Source: Phoronis australis (lineage: Eukaryota; Animalia; Phoronida). From it: a DNA stretch of 60,161 nucleotides. Below the pieces are notes generated by a model, which made no database searches, had not been told where the DNA came from, and saw only the letters and a list, made by a program, of their open reading frames with translations. A program made the position numbers and the translations under genes. This document shows, one piece after another, positions 25,501 to 36,529 of this stretch (positions are counted from its first letter, which is position 1; the number at the start of each line of letters is the position of its first letter). The stretch spans positions 354,955 to 415,115 of the forward strand of contig NMRA01000196.1 of assembly GCA_002633005.1 (NCBI GenBank), given 5' to 3'.

Positions 25501-28500
25501 TGACAATTGATTTTACCATTCAGCTGGAGTTATGAGATCAGGCCAAAATGCATAGTTGGTTCCGGCTTCTTTGAAAATCTAGTCTGTGATGCTGTATTTT
25601 CTTTTAGTTGCCAACTTTTTCAAAAAAGAAAATGCACAAAAGACGAGCAAATTGTGTGCGGTGTTTTTTTGCTTTGCTCATCGCTTGGCAAATCATAACG
25701 TTTGAAACCTTTCTTTGGATTACGTGAACGAGACCTTTGCGAAGATTGGTGTGAACGGGCATATTTTTAGTCTGTGAGCTCCGGTCTCAAAATGAGTCGA
25801 GATGCAGACGAGAACAAACTGTCCGCATTTTTACCTAAGCTGAGACTCAATTGCAGAATTCAAATTGTCTCCCCAAGCGTTCTTTGACTCATTCTCAGAA
25901 TGTTCATATTAAGAACGGAAATGGTGTCGTGTCATGTTAAGTACAGGACGTTGCCAAGGCTGTGTTCCGCAGATCCAAGGAACTGACGACAAAAGATAGC
26001 ATTGATGATCAAGGGAGTCATAGGAAATACAGTTTCATTCAGATTCAGGAGAAATCTGTGATCATAGTTAAGCAGTATGATTGATTTGTTTGAGCATGTT
26101 AACAACGTGTTGTTTTGAATATAAATGGCTGGTCAAAGCTAATCAATGCCGACCATTGAAATTTGTTTCAGAGAATTTACTCGAAGAAGGAAGCTTGTGA
26201 CTTTTTGGGTGTGTCATCTCGCCTGGCATTAGGTGCGCGTGCATCTGGATCGTCCGCTGGACTTGGAATTTCGGCAGATTACCTCAGTGGCGATTATGAC
26301 AGATCAAGTTACCTGGAAATTCTGGAGACGGTGCAATATCTTACGGTAACCACTGTCAAGTCTTACACACGACATTACAATGATTCCACTGTATTTTATG
26401 CAACAAAAATCAGACTGATTAGAAGAAATGGAACATCTACATTCTCCAAAAGTCTTACAATTTATTTTTCCTGAATAAGAATAGTAAATGCCTACCCAAC
26501 TTCCTTCGCCGCTACTTCTTGTATGGGCCGAGGCTTGGCATCGTTACTTTTACTCTCACCCGTACTAGCGTCTAGGCCTATCGCCCTTGTATACGTAATG
26601 GCAAATTGTTCAGAACGAGGCTTGGCGTCAAGAATATTTTACATCAACATATTTCAGGAGACGGATTCGGTTAATCTTAGTGCTAAGCCAATCCTGGAAT
26701 GGAAGAACTTCCTTAATGGAAAGAAGTCTCCCACTCATTACGTACGCAGCATATATTACGGCGGTGTCCTTCTCACTTCAATCCAATTCAAGTTAAATGA
26801 AAGATCGGATCGTTCCGAAGGCTTCTTTGATGCAAACCTCGGTGGTTCGTTTTTGGTAAGTCAGTAACAGCAATAAGATTCTCATCATAGAGAAACAATC
26901 TCATTGTCCGTCAAATCTTAAAGTGGTACTCCTCAGTATTTGAGTTGCGTCAAGCACAAACTTCGGGTTCCTTCGGCTGTGTAAACGCTAGAGAATACTT
27001 GTCGCTACAAAAGCACAAACTTTAATGTCAAGCTAAGCAATCGTTACTGCCCTGAGTATGTTTTATCATAGACAACAAGATTTCAATCATTTGGGTATGT
27101 CTAATCAACAACTTTAAATAGGATAATGTTTTTAGATTGCAGGAGGAAATATAGGCACTACGTTGGAACACGAAGTAGCCAAGTACGACTACATTTCGGA
27201 CTTAGACGTGCGTTTCTGGACAACGGTACAGTCAGGAGGCAGTTCCAATGACATCAAAGGCTTGCAAACAGTTCTAGACAACTTTTGCAAAGCGGTCAAA
27301 GAAACCAATGGTGGGAAAGGAATCCCAATGAAGGTCGAGTTGGCACCTTTGACCTATCTGTACCCAGACTACACAATGGATACAAAGATTTACGGAACGG
27401 TCGAAGGTTTCATTGGCAAGCTGTACGATCTCTCGAATGAAATTGCACTTGTAAGCATGAAACAAAGTTGCGAGACTTTTGAGGACCTACGAATAATCCA
27501 TAGGTATAGGCTTAGGGAATTGGACGTAACAACAAAAACACGAACCGTTGTTGAGTTTGTTAAACGAAGTACCGATTTATAGGTTATCATAAAAAGTGAA
27601 AAGATTCGTGGGGAATCGTTTTGAATCACTTGGTTTGTACTGCTGAAGCGCCATTATAAACGACATAGTATTCCGTGGTCGCTTGAAGGGAAAAGCAACC
27701 ATTTTAGTGCCATTGGTGGTCGAATATCGGCTCTCTGGCAATCCTATGTAAATTTGCCTTTGATTAAATTAAATTTGCAGGCTTCAATCGAGAAATAACG
27801 CTAACTACCCAAATCATTTCCGACACGTTTGTTTACATACACGTCAGAGTGTGTACGTCAACGAAAGTCACTGACCTCAGCCACCAAGCAAAGCCGGTAA
27901 CCAGCACAGCTTCACCATATACATGATTTCCGTTCATTACAGATCAAACAATAGGGCTAAATGTCACTCAACCGAGTTCTAGTTCAAACTAGGGTACAGC
28001 AATTTTAAAGTGGTCTACAATCAACAAATGTCGTCAGTGAATCGTCACACAAACAAAACTGGCGGAAATTATTCTGCACCCTTCAGAAACTGACGTCGTA
28101 ACTTTCAGTCATTACCATTGGTTGAAATCCAGGCAACTCCTTTCATTTTACTGTTACGTAGTAAAGCGACCACCTTTGACTTGAATAGTTGCATTTCATC
28201 AAAACGGGCAGTGATCGACGTAAATAAAATCAAGGGAACTCCGATTCACCGTTGGCTTAAGCCTAAACAAGGGCAGTGTATAAAGTCGTGTGCAAGTGGT
28301 GGCCATGTCATTGGTGTACTTTCTACCAAGGCATATACATTGATGCCCACACACGGAATTCCGTGTGTCGTTCATCATGTTTCCACAGGACCACTTTTCA
28401 GTGTAGGTGGAGCTGTGTCACAGAGTAGGTATGATTCGGGATGCGAAAGTCATTTCTGTAGTGACGCATTAATATAGTTGGAGTTGGTCAAGATTACCAG

Positions 28501-31500
28501 AAAACGTAATTTAACCAAAACTGACACTGAAAATGATCAGCTTTCAAGTGATGGCATTGGTTTTAAGTGATAATTTAATCCGGGAATGTTGGATGGAAAC
28601 TGAGAAATGAATATATAAACATCTTTCACCCTAGACTATTATGTTCAATAGAATATGCATTGATAATTAAGTAACCTGGTTTTAATTAAAAGGTTTTCGC
28701 CGATGCTAACAAGTTACTCAAGAATATTGCGGACAAACCGCTGGCGTACAATCTCCACGACGACCTGCAAGACTTTATAGCCGAGACAAGTCCGCTGATG
28801 CAGAACGTCAAAAACGCTGTAGATCGGATTGACTTTACGGTATGTGTTGTTGCACACCATCATAATACTATTTTTATTACACGTCACGTCGTATCAGGCT
28901 CTGGTCATTATGAACTCGGGCCTTCCACCAAACCTCTAATCACGTCTTCTTTATTCAGATGAGAAGTGAGTGCTTGCCATGACAGGGAATAAACTGGGAG
29001 TTCATTGTTGCCTGAGAACAAGCACCAGACTTGTCACGGCGGGTTATTCTATGCGCCGAGAATGGTATCAAGCGAGTGTATCTTCTTTTCAATCGCAGAA
29101 ATTCCTTATCATCTCAGTAAGGTACAAAAAGAGAGCACTTATATTGTGGTTTATATTGCTGTAAGCGGTTTAAGCCAGACTTAGTTGAGTTTATGTGGCA
29201 GAAGGCGGGTTTATCGCAGCTGTTTTGATAAACGCTCTTTACTTAGATGAGTTTCAACGACCAATAGTCTGTGACAGAAAATAAAAAAATCAAACTGTAG
29301 TCTTCCGCAGATTTTATTTCAGCCGTATGTATAATAGTTGCTTGGGGAATTTCAATCGAAATTTTTTAACGCATTTTCCTTTTACCGAGGCCTCACTGTC
29401 AGGCACCGCGCGGCCGTTCATTTAGTGCTTAATATTCGAAATGCCAGTCATCGCTTTGATTTCAGTCAAACTAGGTTGAGTTTTGCTGGGACATGGCTAG
29501 GAAATCAACGCTTTTCAAAAAAGCGTTAATTGAAATTAAATCCGAGAAACAAAGGTCTTCGTTGTTTTACGAATGTGGACAAATCAAAGAACTTTACGAC
29601 GTCTGTAACACAGGTTAGGGCAAAGGATATTTTTTGTAAAGCACCGAAAGTGTCCTTTTAAAGATATTTCAAATCGATGTTTATCATGAAATTGAAATAT
29701 TCTGGGTCTTGGCAACAACATATTCACCGAGCGATTGCATGGTCCTTGTTCTAGGCTACCAGACTGGACAGACTGTTCGAGCCCAAAACCCCGGAAACCA
29801 ACCCGTTCATCACCGACGGCATAGACACCAAGCAATGCCAGGATATTATTAACTACACCTACAGGGTTCGCTTCATGAACCTAAAGTCAGTGATTACGGT
29901 AATGTCCACATCACCACCCCATCTTCCACCCACCTTCAGACTGTGACGTAGTTACTACTATAATATTTTGGCGTATCCTGTATCACGCGCAGATCTAGAC
30001 GTACCTCTTAAATATTAGTTGTAGTCAACTATTTCAAAGTTTATGTTTGTGCTCCATATTTTTACTTTGAAAATGGTTACCATGGTACTAATGAAAACGA
30101 GTAGCCGCGCGTCTAAATTGCAACTTCGAACTAGAGGTACATGTACGGCCATGGAATCCGGGACTAGGTTTTGGTCACCGCGGTTTGTAGATAATTATCG
30201 GTGCGGGTCTGTGTACTTTCACCGAGACTGTGATGCCTGATGGTCCAGTACAGGTGTTCATGAGTTCGTAGCAGGAACACACAATCACTGTCATCGAGCT
30301 TGTCGCAATTCATTTGGTACGGAGCAGGGTACGGTCACTGTGCTATTATTTCTCAAAAACCTCCGTCGAGTTACCCGCAATATGGTTGTTTGGTACGATA
30401 CCTGTTTTAATGAAAGGCGTGCACTCCTATTCAATATTGATGTGTTTCAAATATACTGTTGCAATATTGTAGACATCTCTGATGAACCCGAAATCAATGC
30501 TGCAAGTCACGCTTGAGTACAACACAACGACAAGCAAAGTAAGTGTAAAAAAGACGGACACCAACTTTATTTTGAAGAAAGTTCCTACTTGCTTTTTCTC
30601 AAAAAATAAACAAGAACAAGTTTAAAATGTCTTTACTTCGTCAGTTACGTTGGGTTTTTCAAGGCTAGAGTGCCAAAATAAAGTTTATGTGAAATTGTTT
30701 AAAGCAACCTACCGTGAGGTTTTCGGATTTTTGTCGGGTATGTTGGTCATATCTTTCTGACAGTGTGGTACATAATAAATTTAATTTACTTCCAGAAAAT
30801 TTGTTGATGGCTCTCCTGTGATAAGCTCCAATGGTTTGCCAAAACCAATTACTTTCAGAAGATGGTGCTTGTAGCCTTAGCAATATTTCACGACTCAGCA
30901 TTTCAGTATTTTAGAAACACGATGGAAATGCAATACTATTTTAGTTGCACGAGCTCCAAGACCTAAAACGTAGTGGTGTGGCGCTTCTTTTTAGTAACAC
31001 CTCGCTCCTAAAGACGCGTCAAGTAATAGCCTTTCATTTGATTGATGGCATGACATGAACAGATGAATGTTACTCAGCAAATAAATAAAAAAACAGCACA
31101 AACGTCTAATTTGGACGGCACCGTTGTTATACCAAGTGTGGAATCGAGCTCAGAATGTTCTGTATACGCGTAAGGGTCGACGATAACATTGAAAGCATAT
31201 TACTTGATGGTGAACGTGAACAAACTAACTTGAAAGGACCAGCATGTACATGTAATCGACAGATTACAATTGTTGGTGTCACCAAGAGCGATAATAAAGG
31301 CCAATTTGGGGGTACGGGTGATATGAGAATTGTCCTGGGACATGCTTCATACGCTTTGCCTTCATCCAATTTCAGTTTCTAGTGAGAGTGTTGCAAGCCG
31401 CCGATCTTCCTCCCAGAGGTCTGGAACGTCATCCTGATCCTTACGTCGTAGTTTTTCTCCTCGGCCAGAAGGAAAGCTCACCTCCACAGAAAACAGAGGT

Positions 31501-32020
31501 TGTCAGTGACAACCAGAACCCGGTTTTCAACGCGTCTGCAAACTTGGCATACGAGGTAGGTGAACTTTTAACTGTGCCATCAACTGTACCGAGTCAACCT
31601 TTTTCCCTGGATCCTTTTACCTATAAAGACTTCTGAAACAGCAATTTTCAACTAGTACATGCGTTAAGAATACTCACTGTACAAAATAAATGAACATTTT
31701 CTGGTAAGTCAAGTCCGGCTGCGAAGGTACATGGATCTTCTAGGTCAAATAATTTCCGTTGCGCTATTCATGAAAGCTGTGTTTGACTCAGGTTGCTCAA
31801 TGTCTAATGCATATTCTAGGCTACATGGGCTGAACTTCCCAAGCTTAGGCTGCGATTTGAAGTCTTTGACAAGGAGCGTATTGGCGACGATGTTCTTTTA
31901 GTCGCAGCTACGATTCCGTTGGTGAACGTACGCATATCTTCCAATCAGACTCGTCGCGATGGATTGTGGGTACAACTGAACAAAGAAGAAATGTCGCTGG
32001 TGGATCAACTGGGGTTTTAA
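19277..32020 (+). CDS. Gene B: stonustoxin-like MACPF/CDC pore-forming protein with C-terminal C2 domain, about 525 aa, 9 exons
   Basis: Exons 19277-19429, 26172-26345, 26658-26855, 27136-27450, 28693-28839, 29755-29898, 30473-30538, 31376-31555, 31820-32020; all GT-AG with an open frame. Motifs LGSLYNAY..VCPG, PTHYVRSIYYGG, GIPMKVELAPL; C2 motifs AADLP..DPYV, NPVFN, FEVFDKE.IGDD. Confidence 0.9.
22100..22346. mobile_element. MITE, PIF/Harbinger-like (CAG TSD)
   Basis: TIRs GGCCCGTTCCAACAAAACTGACTTA / TAAGTCAGTTTCTTGGAACAAGTCC flanked by CAG on both sides. Confidence 0.7.
22350..22505. mobile_element. second MITE, PIF/Harbinger-like (CAG TSD)
   Basis: TIRs GGCACAGTTGCATAAA / TTTACGCAACTCAGCC flanked by CAG at 22347-22349 and 22506-22508. 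Confidence 0.65.
22567..23295. repeat. 364-bp near-identical direct repeat around a single N (probable assembly overlap)
   Basis: 22567-22930 vs 22932-23295, N at 22931, two substitutions seen. Confidence 0.85.
23114..23354. mobile_element. MITE with CAG.GG.GGATC-type TIR and 5-bp TSD (CTAAC)
   Basis: CAGAGGTGGATCTAC ... GTAGCTCTGCCACTG; CTAAC on both flanks. Confidence 0.75.
24311..24558 (-). pseudogene. THAP zinc-finger exon (degenerate; transposase-derived or nested gene)
   Basis: MKTCICRGCSN..FKFHK..QKW..I.R...IFSRHFKESCF fits the THAP C2CH pattern with P>H and C>F changes; ends at a GTAAGT donor (24310-24305). Confidence 0.7.
24609..24927. mobile_element. MITE with CAG.GGCGGAT TIR and 5-bp TSD (GTATT)
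   Basis: CAGGGGCGGATCCAGG ... CCTAAATCCGCCACTG; GTATT on both flanks; same family as 32670-32828. Confidence 0.8.
26172..26345 (+). CDS. Gene B exon 2
   Basis: TTTCAG acceptor, ACG|GTAACC donor; 28/58 identical to gene A exon 2 by manual count. Confidence 0.9.
26658..26855 (+). CDS. Gene B exon 3 (PTHYVRSIYYGG)
   Basis: TTTCAG acceptor, TTG|GTAAGT donor. Confidence 0.9.
27136..27450 (+). CDS. Gene B exon 4 (GIPMKVELAPL)
   Basis: TTTTTAG acceptor, CTT|GTAAGC donor. Confidence 0.9.
28693..28839 (+). CDS. Gene B exon 5 (VFADAN...DRIDFT)
   Basis: AAG acceptor (weak pyrimidine tract), ACG|GTATGT donor; PLAYNL.DDLQDF.AET.PL shared with gene A. Confidence 0.85.
29755..29898 (+). CDS. Gene B exon 6 (ATRLDRLF...SVIT)
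   Basis: TTCTAG acceptor, ACG|GTAATG donor; 144 nt. Confidence 0.88.
30473..30538 (+). CDS. Gene B exon 7 (TSLMNPKSMLQVTLEYNTTTSK)
   Basis: TTGTAG acceptor, AAA|GTAAGT donor; 66 nt. Confidence 0.82.
31376..31555 (+). CDS. Gene B exon 8 (C2 domain)
   Basis: TTTCAG acceptor, GAG|GTAGGT donor; 180 nt. Confidence 0.9.
31820..32020 (+). CDS. Gene B exon 9 (C2 domain end, stop)
   Basis: TTCTAG acceptor; LRFEVFDKERIGDD...GLWVQLNKEEMSLVDQLGF then TAA; missed by the ORF track. Confidence 0.9.
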   Translation, partial: ATWAELPKLRLRFEVFDKERIGDDVLLVAATIPLVNVRISSNQTRRDGLWVQLNKEEMSLVDQLGF

Positions 32021-32111
32021 ATGGTTTGAACTGGTTGTTGTGTCAAATATATACTCTAAAGAGATTCATTCATGATGTTTTTGTTGTCGTTTTTACTGTG
32101 AAGTGAACTAA

Positions 32112-32117
32112 AATAAA
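32112..32117 (+). terminator. candidate poly(A) signal of gene B
   Basis: AATAAA about 90 nt after the stop codon. Confidence 0.55.
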
Positions 32118-32662
32118 TAATCATAAATTCTGTCTTAATATACGCAGTAAAGGTTTTCAATCTGCAGAAAAGGTTTGGTGATGTGTGTGGGATACATGTA
32201 CTTGTATAGTCAATAATACAACTTCAATAGTACAATTCCATTGTCATTTTTATATATACATTCGTTTATCTTTCTCAAGCACATAAATCATACGCGAGGT
32301 TTCCCGGATACTCATTCGGAGGTTTCCCTGTATTCACATGGTCTTCGAGTTCAGTCGCACGGCTATACTCTGTCCTTGTTCTAATAGGCCTACCACGTGG
32401 TTGAGTTCTGTAGACCACGGACTTCGAACCGGCCGTTGGTGGATTTTTTCCGCCGGGTGTAACGCTCTAGCTAGAGACCGCAACATCACACAGCACGCTG
32501 AAAAAGACCGGTAGAGTTGTTCTCCGGTCTAGTTTGTTGTCACATGCTGAAATACGAAAATTAAAATATTTGCCGTTGAACTCTTTACAGTGTTTCCTGT
32601 TTAGAACGTTAACAGTCTGATATAAAGTTCAAACTTCCAATACAAGTCCTGATTTTACCTAA

Positions 32663-33843
32663 TTTATCCCAGTGGAGAATTTAGAGGGGGGCCAAGGGGG
32701 CCATGGCCCCCCTAAAATTCTCCCAGATGCCATTAGACAGCTCGGGGGTGCGAATATGTCTGACGGGCAAAATGCTGTCTAATACTCTGCCATGGCCCCC
32801 CTAACTCAAAATCCTGGATCCACCCCTGTATCCCATACGCGTTGAATCAGTCGAGTGCAATACGGCCATGTGATATTGTTTTCCGTATTTCCCCAAAGAC
32901 GCTACGGTCTCTGANACTGCAGCCGGCATATCTTGTTTTGTAGTTACTTGACACAGCACTACCCTCAGAGGTATTAACTATGGGAAATCTATATGAACTA
33001 CATGATCAGATAAAATATCTTGTCTCTGTGACCGCTGACCACGAGTATCAGCCATGTTCCTTTTTTCCCACACACACCCGCTAGACGTCTCTACGGTCCA
33101 TGGAACAACAATGGCCGCCAGTGGCCGTCCAATAGGATTTCGCTAGGTGAAACGTCTCCCTCTCTACGGTCTCTGATTTCCCTCCTGCACTATTTCAACA
33201 GTGCCCTCTGACATCAAAGTGGAAAGTTCAAAAGGTAGGTCAATATCGACTCGACGTCGTTAGCCGGTTCTATTATCAAACTTTCCCAAATTGGTGTATT
33301 TATAGTAACACAATTGCAGTAGTACAAATAACATTCAACATGCAATCCAGTCCCAAACGTAACATCCGGAACAAAACTACATGCATATGACACTTCTGTT
33401 TCAGTTTTCGATTCTTCGGTAACTACAATATCAAATAATGTTGTTATTTAACTATTAACAGGTAATGTTACAAGTGCAAAGCATACTGGGTTACCGTTGT
33501 TTTCATCTTTGTGATCTTTTCAAAAAATACAAGTAAATCGTTACTTTTGTAACTGTTTCTTTTACTAGGGAAAACTTGTAGCCTAATGCGAAAGTACATA
33601 CGCAGTAGGGTGTGATCCGCCACGTGAACTGTTTAAGTGAAGTATTAAAAAATCTGCCAAAAACTGAAAGAAAGTTAAGAATTCGAAGCGTATGGGATAA
33701 ATACAAAACGTATCTCGATTGGCGTAGATGAAATAATATCCCACTCGACATTAGTCTGCGTATTGACCGAGACCTTCGGAACAATGTCGCGTGGGATATT
33801 ACTTCATCTATGTATACACCACTCTCGGTACGTTTTGTGTATG
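32663..33843 (-). mobile_element. copy 2 of the asymmetric-hairpin element, with nested insertions
   Basis: 32829-32870, 33203-33270 and 33688-33843 are reverse-complement homologues of about 17338-17376, 17230-17290 and 16620-16785 respectively. Confidence 0.7.
32670..32828. mobile_element. MITE with 5-bp TSD (TATCC), short inverted relative of 24609-24927
   Basis: CAGTGGAGAATTTAG ... CCTGGATCCACCCCTG; TATCC on both flanks. Confidence 0.8.
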
Positions 33844-35225
33844 TATGAAATCTACCCTGGTTACATCGTTTCGATAGCAATCGACAGTCCCTTTTTGATG
33901 TATTCAAACATGTACGTTCTACCTTTAGTTTCGTCTGCATAAGGACTACGAGTACACGAGAAATTGTTAGCATAGTGGTGGCAATGAACATGCCCGTACC
34001 CCAGCGGGTGACTTGGGGAGAGCTAAAGTAAACCCGGACTTCAGATGAGTTTTTATTATGAATTGGCCAAAAGTATCCATCACTGGAAATGAACAAAAAA
34101 GAAAATATATCCCATTTTGTGGCTGTGGCTAGTAGCAGTGTTCAAGGTAGTTTTTTAGGCCTTCATTTTAACTGGGTGACTCTTCGCTAAATATTGCGTG
34201 AAATGTGCGTTTACGAAATAGACAGTGAGGTACCACAGGATCGAAACTGTAGTTCATTAATGTCGCAACTTCTGCGTTAAATTGCAGGGTACGGAGAGAA
34301 AAGCTTGGGAAATGGAAAGAAAATGACATCAAACTATGTCTCTGTAATGAAGCAGCAAACTAATTGTCCTCAGAGATGCACGACGAGTTCAGTTATGCAT
34401 TGATAGACACCTGGATACATGTAGCTCACTGGCTACAAAATCATAACACTTTTGTCTCCTTTTCTCAAACTCATCAGGCACCTAAAGTCCTTTAAGTTTA
34501 TGTCAAGTCAAAAATGGCCAAATTTGGCTAACTTCGGAAATTCGTATCTCAGAATGGCTGATCGAATTTACTTGACACTTTCAGATAGGCCTATTATGCC
34601 TTGTCCGGTGTTCTGCAAAACTCGGTTAGGAACATTTGACAAATCTCACGCTAACAGGATTTGCACGCAAGTAATTTTGAATTTGCTTATGATTCAAAAC
34701 GCTTCACGTGATCATCGGGTTGTACCTGGCCAACTTCGCCCTAGTGGTGTTTGCGTAGACGACAGGATCATGCAGACGGTTAGAGGAGCTATCCATCTAC
34801 ATTAAATTCGCACGGTGGCTACACCATAGGGTAACAAGGGAGCATAGATGTGAATGTCTAAGCTACATAACAGCGAGAGAGCTCCTAGGTATACCACTCA
34901 GTGCATGTAATAGCCGTAGTATCGTTCATTTTTGCATACACCTGATTCCTGAAGTTTTCGGATTTGCGAAACATCGGAGTGGTGAACCTTCGGAATAGTG
35001 GACTGTTCCCATTTCCAGCGATGTAAGCAACTTAGTAACACATAAACGTACAACCAGATAAAAGATTTCGTCAAGTCATTCTCTTCCATCCGGTATGTAA
35101 TGACGTGTAATAATCACTCACTGAGCACGCCTAGTTTGTAAGTTTGGCAGCAAATAAGGCGAGAACGTTCTCTTTCTGGACCACTTTACATCCGGGGGTC
35201 CCGATCTTTGCACGGTCAACTGTTA

Positions 35226-36529
35226 CCGGGGGTTTTCCGTGGATAAGCCCCTTGGCGTGTATTCAAAAAGTGAAAGTTTTCAGGCATATTAGTAACACCA
35301 ATAAACGTGCGGCGTTTATTTGGAAAACGGGAGCGTATAAACAGAAAGTCGTACTTTCGGCTACGCCAGGTAAATACCAGAATGAAACGCGATATGTATT
35401 TTTGTAAATGAAACAGCCTTTCTGGGTGGATTGGTAGTCCTTAAAAGTACTGCTGTGAATACGTTGATACCTGTTAACAACGTTGACTGTGTAATAGCCT
35501 CTCAATTTTTGCAATATCTGCCCAACATGTCTAGACCATCTTGTCGCAAAGACGATGGCACCCAATGTCGCTCAGCAGAAAAGCTATGAACTTCGGCTTG
35601 AATACTCCCACATCGTATTCTGAAAAAATCAAAAAAATCGAGCCAGTTCTCATGGTATGTGTTCAACCGTAAGTCTTGCTATTGACTAATTTCATGCTGT
35701 ACAGATCAATCTACGTTGTAGTCCTTGTAGGGGATCCGTGAACGAGTCGCTTGTGATGCAATACATACAGACGATGATAAGGGGAGATTTTTATTTCAAC
35801 ACTGAAAAAATTCGTGGACGCACACCAGAGCCACTGTGCAGAAACTGTATCCGCAAAGTTTCGAAAATTGAATATAAGCGTGAAGATTATTCCAGCCAGA
35901 ATGACCTATTTTCTTCAGCCACTTGATGTCTCTGTTAACGCTCCGTTCAAAGCTAGGTTGCAACAGTTGTTTAAGTGTTGGCTTGAAAACGGCGAAAAAG
36001 AATATACTCCTGAGAGGCTATCGCAGCCGTCCATCCTGCGACAAACTCCTGGAATTTGCTTCGGTCATGCGTCAAATCCCACATGACATCGTTTTCAGAG
36101 CGTTGGAATTTTGCAGCATAGCTGCTGATGGGCAAATGGTCTCTGCCGTATTCCTCAACGCCCGGATTCTTGAACACGTGGGGTAGAACTCGGGTATCCA
36201 AAAGGTGGACGGCAAGTTGCAGGATGCCTTCAGCGACTCGGAGGTGGAAAGAAATTCGGAGGAGGAGGTGGATGAAAACATTGACATGAACTAAATACAC
36301 GTAGTATAAGAGGTTTTATGACTGATGTTTTTAAACATGTTATGCTAATAAATTTGTGACTAAAAGTTGACGCTGTGTGGGCTTTGAAAAATAAATTTTC
36401 TTAATAATTGCCCCGCTATCTGGACACTTGATACGAGAAGTTGCAGCACCAAATAAACGCCCATGCATAATTTTCGAATAGACTTACATTGATGTTTCAT
36501 CTGGTGGGCTTATATACGGAAATTCCAGG
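35226..36529 (+). mobile_element. decayed, internally deleted pogo/Tigger-like (Tc1-mariner superfamily) DNA transposon
   Basis: DDE_1-type segment DAHQSH...IIPARMTYFLQPLDVSVNAPFK (35814-36086) with an acidic tail; imperfect TIRs CCGGGGGTTTTCCGTGGATAAGCCC / GGGCTTATATACGGAAATTCCAGG flanked by TA. Confidence 0.8.

Noticed and set aside
28959-29164. Possible extra exon/ORF in gene B intron 5
   Set aside because: Stop codon in phase 0 right after the acceptor and no counterpart in gene A.
32385-32460. tRNA/SINE-like segment (ACTTCGAACCGG)
   Set aside because: Only a weak B-box resemblance; no cloverleaf or convincing A-box.
33503-34096. 197-aa minus-strand ORF
   Set aside because: Crosses the boundary of a non-coding hairpin element; no domain signature.
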